64,000 nt of DNA from assembly GCA_018651085.1 (NCBI GenBank), contig JABIEQ010000011.1:3563-67562 (forward strand). The letters run 5' to 3'. A program made the position numbers and the translations under genes. Below, piece by piece: positions 1 to 7,452 of this stretch. This DNA comes from Candidatus Magasanikiibacteriota bacterium (lineage in GTDB: Bacteria; Patescibacteriota; Patescibacteriia; Magasanikbacterales; UBA922). Within the stretch, counting starts at the first letter, position 1. The number at the start of each line of letters is the position of its first letter. The notes under the pieces are model-generated. The model saw only the letters and a program-made list of their open reading frames with translations. It searched no databases and had not been told where the DNA came from.

Positions 1-434
1 CTGTGAAAACTATTATTAAAGAACTTAGTATTGATCTTCAAGGAAAGAAAGTGGCCGTTATTGGTGCCGGTGTACTAGTTGGAAAACCGCTTTCTATTAT
101 TCTTACAAACAAAGGAGCGACGGTAAATATTTGTAATGAATTCACTCCAGACATAAAAAAATATACCCTCGACGCTGATATTATTGTAAGTGGTGTCGGG
201 AAAAGACATGTCATTACAGAAGACATGGTCTCTCCCGGAACCATTGTCATTGATGCTGGAGTGAATTTTGAAAACAATCAAATGTTTGGGGATGTTGACT
301 TTGAAGCAGTTTCTAAAAAAGCATCTCACATTACTCCGACACCTGGAGGCATTGGCCCCATAACTGTCGCAAGACTTTTACATAATACAGCCATATGTGC
401 TGAACTTCTACACAATAATAAAAATACTGCCTAG
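1..434 (+). CDS. folD: Methylenetetrahydrofolate dehydrogenase/cyclohydrolase, 5'-truncated by window edge
   Basis: Motifs VGKPL, ADIIVSGVG, VIDAG, GDVDF, ITPTPGGIGPITVA of the FolD NAD(P)-binding domain. Confidence 0.95.
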   Translation, partial: VKTIIKELSIDLQGKKVAVIGAGVLVGKPLSIILTNKGATVNICNEFTPDIKKYTLDADIIVSGVGKRHVITEDMVSPGTIVIDAGVNFENNQMFGDVDFEAVSKKASHITPTPGGIGPITVARLLHNTAICAELLHNNKNTA

Positions 435-447
435 GCAGTATTTTTTT
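421..447. terminator. Bidirectional intrinsic terminator between convergent folD and dusB
   Basis: aaaatactgc-ctag-gcagtatttt inverted repeat with A/T tails. Confidence 0.75.
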
Positions 448-1414
448 ATATGTTTTCTATTTCTTTAAGAATTTCTTCGAGTTCTTCGTAACTACTTACT
501 CGCACAAGCTTTCCTCTCCAAGCTTTAATCCCAGGGATTTCTCTTTTCATCTTATTGGTCTTAAAATACCATGAGAGATGCTTTCTAAAGGTTACGATTC
601 CTCTATCACCATATTGGGCAATATGATGCCTTGCATGATCTAATACAACGGTCACACGCTCTTTCATTGATACATCAAAGGACGGGTCTAGTGCTTGTTT
701 AAAAAACCAAGGATTTCCTAGAGCACCTCTCGCAATGAGTACTCCGTCAGCTCCTGTTTGCTCTAGAGCTTCTTGTACTTGTGTAGGGTCATGAATGTCT
801 CCATTTGCTAAAAGTGGTCCTTCTGCAATTTCTTTTGCTTCACGAATACGTTCCCAATCACTTTTTCCACTATATCCTTGTTTTTTTGTTCTTCCATGAA
901 TAGTGATAAGATCTGCCCCCGCTTCTTCTATAATTGGGATAAATGTTTTAAAGGTATCTTCATCATTCCAACCAAGACGAATCTTTACAGAAAGAGGCGT
1001 ATCCCCTATTGCTTGTTTCATTTCTTTTACAATGTTTGCCGCTCTTGTCGGTTCTTTCATGAGCGCTGCTCCATTAAAATTACTTGTAAGTTTATATACA
1101 GGGCACCCCATGTTGATATCTATCCCTTCTGGATTGGCGTGCTTCATAACAATTTCAGCAGCCTTTGCCATATTCTTTGCATCAGCTCCAAAAATCTGCT
1201 GGACAATTGGACGCTCAGATTCAACAAAATCAGTCATGCCTAATGTTTTCTCACTATTACGAATAATAGCTTCTGAACTTACCATTTCTCTAAACACAAT
1301 ATCCGCACCACCAATCCCACGAACAATCTGACAAAATGCTGAATCAGTCATGTCTGCCATTGGAGAAAGTGCTAGAATATGTTCTTTATTGTCTAATATA
1401 TCTTTAATCCACAT
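446..1414 (-). CDS. dusB: tRNA-dihydrouridine synthase
   Basis: LSPMAD, IDINMGCP, GAALM, SVKIRLG, IHGRT, ANGDI, ARGALGNPW motifs. Confidence 0.93.
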   Translation of the reverse strand: MWIKDILDNKEHILALSPMADMTDSAFCQIVRGIGGADIVFREMVSSEAIIRNSEKTLGMTDFVESERPIVQQIFGADAKNMAKAAEIVMKHANPEGIDINMGCPVYKLTSNFNGAALMKEPTRAANIVKEMKQAIGDTPLSVKIRLGWNDEDTFKTFIPIIEEAGADLITIHGRTKKQGYSGKSDWERIREAKEIAEGPLLANGDIHDPTQVQEALEQTGADGVLIARGALGNPWFFKQALDPSFDVSMKERVTVVLDHARHHIAQYGDRGIVTFRKHLSWYFKTNKMKREIPGIKAWRGKLVRVSSYEELEEILKEIENI

Positions 1415-1472
1415 AGTTTTAAGATGGTACAGTACTTTATCTAAAAAAGCAAAATCTCTATGATCTTACTTT

Positions 1473-2909
1473 TTATCCAAAATTTCCTTCTATACCATAG
1501 GCAATGTCCCCTGAATCCGTATCAAACCCATCTTTTTTTCCTTTTTCTTCCTTGAAAGCTATGGTAGAAGATGTTTCTTGTGTTTGTATTGGAACATTTT
1601 CAATAGGTAATCCAGCTGGTGGCTCAGCTCGTTTGGTTGCAGATTTTTGGATTAATGGTGTTTTTACATGAGAAAGTGGAAAATGCCAAACAGTAGCAAG
1701 TTCTTCTAAATTTAAAATAAATGACCGTGCTTTTTTATCCCAGGCTTTTACTCCTAAACTAGGAGACCTCTCTTTATATGCTTTCATAAAAGCTGCCTTC
1801 GTAGGATCTTTCGTTGTTGTAAATCCTGGAATGATACTGTTCGCCGTTGGAATGTTATATTGATTCATGGCTCCAATAAGTGCGTTCACCCCACGAGAAG
1901 GACGAAACACTTCTTTTCTTGCAATGTATAGCCCTCGAATTTTTGTATGAAAACCAAGCTTTGCAATTTTATCTTCCATTGCTTCTACAATCTTCTTTTT
2001 CCCCGGTGTCATAAAAGATAATTGATTGACTGGACCATTATCTTTATCTCCCCCAGCAGGAGAGGTGTCTTCTCGTCCAAATACTTGATCTCCAACAGAC
2101 TCAAGAAACTTAATTGGCATTGCCGCAACCTTATCTATAGCAGTATCTTTTGCTTTTACTTTTTCTCCTATGACCTCTTTGATTTTCAAAATAGCATCTT
2201 CTTTCCATTTACTTCCGGCAGGTTCTACAATCATCTGAAACCACATTTGTTCTCCAACATTAATCCGACTGAAACTTTCAAGAAATGTTCCCATGGAATC
2301 TTTTAACACAGTATCTTTTGAAATACTATGCTCAAAATCATGATACTGCCTAATTGGATACGCGTCATCTTCTTGAAGCGTAAAATCTCCTCCCCACATG
2401 TCATGTGTTTCATTTGGGTATTCACCGGGAATAGTATGAACATAATCCTCAATCTCAATTACTTCAGCTTCAGGGTACTGTGCATACAATGCAGCTTCCA
2501 AAAGATCTTGATATTTTTCTTCTGTTCTTACAACAAATTGAATGTATCCTTCAATACTTATAATTTCAAAACTAAACCATTCTTGTATGAATCCTTTAAA
2601 AATCCTATCAGCTAAAGAAGGATTTACTAAAATTCCAGCTAAATGAGAAAACATTTGCTCAACCGCTTTTGGTGTTTGAACGTTTAGTGCTGGAATATCA
2701 ATAGCTAACACTACCCATTTCCAATCTTTTGTATAATTAGCTTGTTTTCCTTTGACGTGTTTTTTTAATACCCATTTAAGAGATAAATAACTTATTGGGA
2801 TCCAAGTGATAAATATGATAGCCAAAAAACCAAGCACAATCGGGGAAGTACCATTAAAAAATGCACTAATAGCATCTATATTTATAACAAAAATACCGAT
2901 TTCAATCAT
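1473..2909 (-). CDS. CPR-type conserved membrane protein resembling the N-terminal region of CPR VirD4/TraG-like coupling proteins (no ATPase domain)
   Basis: N-terminal TM; TPKAVEQMF, WFSFEIIS, YAQYPEAE, FILNLEELATVWHFP motifs recalled from this family; no Walker A. Confidence 0.6.
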   Translation of the reverse strand: MIEIGIFVINIDAISAFFNGTSPIVLGFLAIIFITWIPISYLSLKWVLKKHVKGKQANYTKDWKWVVLAIDIPALNVQTPKAVEQMFSHLAGILVNPSLADRIFKGFIQEWFSFEIISIEGYIQFVVRTEEKYQDLLEAALYAQYPEAEVIEIEDYVHTIPGEYPNETHDMWGGDFTLQEDDAYPIRQYHDFEHSISKDTVLKDSMGTFLESFSRINVGEQMWFQMIVEPAGSKWKEDAILKIKEVIGEKVKAKDTAIDKVAAMPIKFLESVGDQVFGREDTSPAGGDKDNGPVNQLSFMTPGKKKIVEAMEDKIAKLGFHTKIRGLYIARKEVFRPSRGVNALIGAMNQYNIPTANSIIPGFTTTKDPTKAAFMKAYKERSPSLGVKAWDKKARSFILNLEELATVWHFPLSHVKTPLIQKSATKRAEPPAGLPIENVPIQTQETSSTIAFKEEKGKKDGFDTDSGDIAYGIEGNFG

Positions 2910-2919
2910 ACCGGCTTGT

Positions 2920-3078
2920 TTACTTCAATATTTTATGTGCAAGTGGGAAAAAGATGATAATGGCAAACCCTGTCCACCACCACCCATAGACTCCTGAAAG
3001 ATATCCTATCACGTAGGAAAAAAGTAATACTATAACTAATAGTATAGCCATGACATTTCTTAGTGTACCGTCTGTCAT
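2920..3078 (-). CDS. 52-aa two-TM small membrane protein (not in ORF track): MTDGTLRNVMAILLVIVLLFSYVIGYLSGVYGWWWTGFAIIIFFPLAHKILK
   Basis: Hand translation; ATG 3078, TAA 2920-2922, stop 10 nt before start of the co-oriented 478-aa gene. Confidence 0.7.
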   Translation of the reverse strand: MTDGTLRNVMAILLVIVLLFSYVIGYLSGVYGWWWTGFAIIIFFPLAHKILK

Positions 3079-3121
3079 ATGTTTACATAGTAGTAAATAT
3101 GACTTAGTATACCATAGCTAT

Positions 3122-3151
3122 AAAAAAATCCCCATAGATTGGGGATTTTTT
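3122..3151 (-). terminator. Intrinsic terminator after secF
   Basis: aaaaatcccca-tagat-tggggattttt inverted repeat. Confidence 0.75.
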
Positions 3152-3167
3152 ATTTATTCTTTTACCA

Positions 3168-4079
3168 TTACTTTTTTCTTTCTCCCCAATTCTTCCAAAC
3201 AATAAGTAAGGGACTTGCTAAGAATATTGACGAATAGGTTCCGGCAATAATTCCGATAATAAGTGCTAGAGAAAAATACTTTACAGATACGGCTCCAAAT
3301 AAGAATAAGGCCAACAAGACAATAAGTGTTGTAACTGAGGTATTAATTGATCGTGTCAATGAATCATTCACCCCTTGATTTACACTATCTTCAAAACGTC
3401 CACTTTGTGTAAGAAGGTTTTCTCGTACACGGTCAAATACCACAATGGTATCGTTCACTGAGTATCCAAGGATTGTTAGAAGGGCTACAACAAACGGAAT
3501 GTCCACTTCTACTCCAGCGACATACCCTAGCACAGCATACACACCCATCACAATCACAACATCATGCACAAGTGCAATAATAGCTGTTATACCGTATTTC
3601 CATGATTTTACGGGACGAGACACCTTTCTAAAGGCATATCCCACGTATAAGACAATAGCGATCATTACTGCAATAGCAATTCCAATTGATTGACGACGAA
3701 GTTGAGAACTAATAGCTGGCCCAATCGTTTCTACTCGTTCTTCTAACACCCGTTGCGAATCTGTTTCAAAAGCAAGACGCACTGCAGTAAGAATTTCTTG
3801 ATGTTCGTCTTCTGTCGTAAACCGTGTTTTTATAAGATGACTATCTTCGTCAACTGGTTGTACGCTAAATGATCCTAATTCTGTTTCAATACTATTTACC
3901 ACTTCTTTTACTTCTTCAATTGACGGTCTGTTTTCTGAAAAAGAAAATTCAAACAATGACCCACCAGTAAAGTCTACTCCTGGTTTTAATCCAAATATTC
4001 CAATGAGTACAAGACTTCCTACAAATAGAATTGCTGAGAAGGTAAATGAAATGTTTCGTCGTTTAATAATTTGCAACAT
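3168..4079 (-). CDS. secF: Protein translocase subunit SecF
   Basis: GVDFTGG, ETIGPAIS, GYSVNDTIVVFDRVRE, RSINTS, GTYSSIFLA; start moved to ATG 4079 just after secD stop. Confidence 0.96.
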   Translation of the reverse strand: MLQIIKRRNISFTFSAILFVGSLVLIGIFGLKPGVDFTGGSLFEFSFSENRPSIEEVKEVVNSIETELGSFSVQPVDEDSHLIKTRFTTEDEHQEILTAVRLAFETDSQRVLEERVETIGPAISSQLRRQSIGIAIAVMIAIVLYVGYAFRKVSRPVKSWKYGITAIIALVHDVVIVMGVYAVLGYVAGVEVDIPFVVALLTILGYSVNDTIVVFDRVRENLLTQSGRFEDSVNQGVNDSLTRSINTSVTTLIVLLALFLFGAVSVKYFSLALIIGIIAGTYSSIFLASPLLIVWKNWGERKK

Positions 4080-4083
4080 ATAC

Positions 4084-6129
4084 TTACTGTTTATCCGTAT
4101 ATCCGAGGAATAAATGATTTCCTTTTTCTTTAAACCAAGGAGAAACAAATCGTAAAAGCACCTTCGTTACGGTAATTGCTGAGAACATACTCATAAGAAC
4201 TCCGATCATTAGTGTCACGGCAAAGCTTTGTACAAAACTTGATCCAAACATGATAAGAAGAAGACAAGTAATGATTGTTGATACATTTCCGTCACGAATT
4301 GCTGACCACGCTCTTATAAATCCTTCTTCAATTGCGGTGTGTAGTGTTTTCTTTTTCTTTAATTCTTCTTTTAACCGTTCGAAAATAAGTACATTCGCGT
4401 CAACAGCCATTCCGATTGAAAGAATAATTCCAGCAATTCCAGCAAGTGTTAAGGTCGCCCCAATAAGCTTAAAGATTGCAAGAGTTAATGATAGGTATAG
4501 TGAAAGCGCAATAATTGCTAATGCACCAGGTAATCGATAATAGAGCAACATGAAAATCATCACAATCAATAATCCAACAGCACCTGCTTTGAGACTTTTT
4601 TCAAGTGATTCAGCACCTAGACTTGCTCCAATTGTTTGTTGTCCAATTAGTTCAATAGGTACGGGAAGTGCTCCGGCATTTAAACGTTGTGCAAGTAATT
4701 TTCCTGTTTCAAAGGTAAATCCACCACTAATCACTGTCTGTCCATCAGGGATAACGGCTCGAACGACAGGATCTGTGATAACTTGCCCATCAAGGAAAAT
4801 AGCAATTTGTTTTTCAAAATTTCTTTCTGTGATTTCTTTAAAAAGATCTTTTCCTTCTGAATCAAATGTTAACTGCACAATAATCTCTCCTGTTTGACCG
4901 TCTTGAAGTACTTCTGCTCTATCAAGCTGTTTTCCAGTCAACCCAGTATATTTCCATTGATCATTTGGCACAAAATCTGTTTCTATTTTTGTTTCAACAA
5001 GAATTCGTGAGAGCTCGTACTCTGGTCCTGGTTCTTCTCCTCTTTTGTAGATAACATGATATCCAAAGTCTGTTTCAACAGGCCCAATAATATCTCCTAC
5101 AGTAGCAGCGTATGCAGCGTCCTCGTATTCTTTAATTAATACGCCTCTTCCTAATGTCCCAAGGTCTCCACCAGTTTCGTCAGCACCGGGCTCTAATGAG
5201 AATGCCGTTGCAAGTTGTTCGAAATTTTCTGCATTTGCTTGTTCAAATAATTCTTGTGCTCTTGCTCTTGCCTCTTCATTTGTAGCAAATTCTTGTGTTG
5301 GACATCCTTCAAATTCAGCAGAACAAATAAGAATGTGACTTGTTGTTATAAGATTTCCACCATCTCTTTCAATACCTCTTTGAAAGATACTTAAACCATC
5401 TGGTGTTTCTATTGCTGTGTCACTTATATCACCTTCTTTTGCATTTTTTGCCCAAATATACGGATCAGACTCTGTTCCAAACCGTTTATTAATGAACCCA
5501 AGGTATCCATTGTTATTTTTACTATTCTCGTCAACTGAAACTTCTTTTGCAAGCTCACCAAACTCTTCTCCGGCTTGTAACCGTACAATTATGGCATTTG
5601 CTTGTCCTTCTGCTTCTTTATTAAAGGCATTTAGCTCTTCCCTTTCTTCAATAGTTAATTCCCGTGGCGGTTCATCTGTTCCTTCTTTAAATTCAAGAAT
5701 AGGTGTTTCTCCAATAAGTTCAATAGCACCGTTTACGTCTGTTACACCAGGAAGCTCTACAATAACACGGTAACTATCCCCTACTTTTGCCGTTTGGATT
5801 GTTGGATCAGTTACTCCAAATCCACCAGAAAGTCTTTTTTCTATAATATCTACCACACCATTTAATGCATCGTCTCGTTCTGCTTCGTCTACGTCAGTTA
5901 TGTCAGCTTCAAAGATAAGATATGCACCACCGGCAAGATCTAACCCTAAATTAAAAGGCTTTTCTGGAATAGTAGGAATCCCAATACCTACCTGATTTAC
6001 TTTATCAATTCCTTTATTAAAAAAAGATGGAGCATCAAAAAAGCTGGTAGCCAGTAATAACACTAAAACTCCAACGATTCCCCATCGTATTTTTGATCGT
6101 AGATCTTTTTTCTGCTTGTATTTACTCAT
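4084..6129 (-). CDS. secD: Protein translocase subunit SecD with inserted parvulin-type PPIase domains
   Basis: LGLDLAGG, AGALPVP, IGMAVDANVLIFER; insert with SHILIC...GGDLG...PVETDFGYHVI; start 6129 lies downstream of a TTGACT-17-TACACT promoter. Confidence 0.95.
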   Translation of the reverse strand: MSKYKQKKDLRSKIRWGIVGVLVLLLATSFFDAPSFFNKGIDKVNQVGIGIPTIPEKPFNLGLDLAGGAYLIFEADITDVDEAERDDALNGVVDIIEKRLSGGFGVTDPTIQTAKVGDSYRVIVELPGVTDVNGAIELIGETPILEFKEGTDEPPRELTIEEREELNAFNKEAEGQANAIIVRLQAGEEFGELAKEVSVDENSKNNNGYLGFINKRFGTESDPYIWAKNAKEGDISDTAIETPDGLSIFQRGIERDGGNLITTSHILICSAEFEGCPTQEFATNEEARARAQELFEQANAENFEQLATAFSLEPGADETGGDLGTLGRGVLIKEYEDAAYAATVGDIIGPVETDFGYHVIYKRGEEPGPEYELSRILVETKIETDFVPNDQWKYTGLTGKQLDRAEVLQDGQTGEIIVQLTFDSEGKDLFKEITERNFEKQIAIFLDGQVITDPVVRAVIPDGQTVISGGFTFETGKLLAQRLNAGALPVPIELIGQQTIGASLGAESLEKSLKAGAVGLLIVMIFMLLYYRLPGALAIIALSLYLSLTLAIFKLIGATLTLAGIAGIILSIGMAVDANVLIFERLKEELKKKKTLHTAIEEGFIRAWSAIRDGNVSTIITCLLLIMFGSSFVQSFAVTLMIGVLMSMFSAITVTKVLLRFVSPWFKEKGNHLFLGYTDKQ

Positions 6130-6242
6130 AATATATCGTGCCATTAGTGTAGCGGTGTTCTCCTAAAAAGTCAATAATTGCTTATAGAACCAGGAGTCCC
6201 TACCAATAGGATAAAATCTGCTTAATCCTACCATATCGTTTT

Positions 6243-6298
6243 TAAAAACAAAAGCCCCCCATGGGTATATCCTGTGTAAGATATGCACATAGGGGGCT
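6243..6298 (-). terminator. Long hairpin terminator of GC-rich unit 1
   Basis: agcccccc-atg-g-gtatatc...gatatgc-a-cat-agggggct, followed by U-run on minus strand. Confidence 0.7.
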
Positions 6299-6380
6299 CG
6301 AGGGGGTGCAATACATGCCACCCCTCATAGCGCTTAGGCGAAAGCGCTTCCCGTACCCTCCGTGGGGACTCCTTTGTCCC

Positions 6381-6680
6381 TCACTTATTGATTGTCGGAT
6401 TTCTCATGACCGTCGCCTTCGGCCTTTCACTGAACCCTCCATCTCCGCCCTCAGAACGCTCCATGAGCGCCTGAAGGTGCTCGACTTGACCACTGAGATC
6501 TTCCGGGACCTCAGGCTCGAGAGGATTGTCGTCCTGACGTTCTCCCTCTTCAAGATCTTGTGGTCTAACCCCAGCAGAGAACGCAGCTCCTTCCCACGGA
6601 GCCATCCTCCTTGTGACCTCAGTTGCAGGTCCTTCAAGCTCTTTCTCTCGAGATTTCGTTTCGAAACCAACAGTGCTCAT
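6381..6680 (-). CDS. 99-aa acidic orphan protein (GC-rich unit 1)
   Basis: SD AGGGAGG just before ATG 6680, upstream promoter, TGA stop, downstream hairpins. Confidence 0.65.
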   Translation of the reverse strand: MSTVGFETKSREKELEGPATEVTRRMAPWEGAAFSAGVRPQDLEEGERQDDNPLEPEVPEDLSGQVEHLQALMERSEGGDGGFSERPKATVMRNPTINK

Positions 6681-6747
6681 GTTCCTCCCTTTGCTCTCCT
6701 TTTTTAAAATAAAAGAAGGTCATCCCTGACCCCCTTATAAGGTATTC

Positions 6748-6776
6748 ACTCTACCATTTTTGGCTTTCACTGTCAA
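6748..6776 (-). promoter_or_regulatory. sigma70 promoter TTGACA-17-TAGAGT with extended -10 TG
   Basis: Direct match on minus strand upstream of 6680. Confidence 0.75.
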
Positions 6777-6780
6777 TCTA

Positions 6781-7356
6781 TTAAAGCTTATTTAATAGAT
6801 CTATAATTTGTCTTTTAATTGCTTCTTTTTCTTCGCTACTATTATCTTCTTTTTCTCTTTCTTTCCTTTGTACTCTTCTCATTACTTCTTGGTACCACTT
6901 TTCCATATCTGGCTTGTGTCTTGTAATATCTCTATGCGTTATAATGTGATCTTTATCAAGTGACATCTGATATTTTTTTCCAATCATTTTAACTAACTCA
7001 ACAAGAGCATCCATTTGTTTTGGTGTCCATGTTTCACCTGCTTTCGCTTCACACTCTATCCCTAGACTGTATAGATTTGGATTGATATAGCGCTGTCCTT
7101 GTTTTTTTAATAGCATTATTGCTCTATTTGATGGTTCAACAATTTTCCCAGCATGCCAGGCGGTGTGATTATCTCGAACCATTTGTACCACCCGTCCATC
7201 TTTTGCTACAAGATAATGAGAAGATACTTGTGAACGACGTTGTTTAAACCATTCAATAGTTCCTCCCATGCTTCCAAGCATAATATGAAGTACAATGACC
7301 TCTGGCTTTAAGCTTCCACGAGAAGAAAAGTTTGGTGAAGGGATAAATTGAATCAT
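6781..7356 (-). CDS. N-acetylmuramoyl-L-alanine amidase (Amidase_2/AmpD-like)
   Basis: SPNF, IVLH, VSSHYLV, AWHAG, SLGIE, ITHRD...KPD motifs; SD AAGGAGG. Confidence 0.9.
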   Translation of the reverse strand: MIQFIPSPNFSSRGSLKPEVIVLHIMLGSMGGTIEWFKQRRSQVSSHYLVAKDGRVVQMVRDNHTAWHAGKIVEPSNRAIMLLKKQGQRYINPNLYSLGIECEAKAGETWTPKQMDALVELVKMIGKKYQMSLDKDHIITHRDITRHKPDMEKWYQEVMRRVQRKEREKEDNSSEEKEAIKRQIIDLLNKL

Positions 7357-7452
7357 AGGCCTCCTTTGTTATCAATAAAAAACGCTACACTTAGTGTAGC
7401 GAAAGAAAAATTTCTCGTAAAGTGTAAAAAACACCAAAAAGGGTGACGTTTT

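Noticed and set aside
6261-6707. Alternative ORFs 6261-6707 (+) and 6404-6670 (-)
   Set aside because: Only the 6381-6680 frame has an appropriately spaced SD, upstream promoter and downstream terminator.
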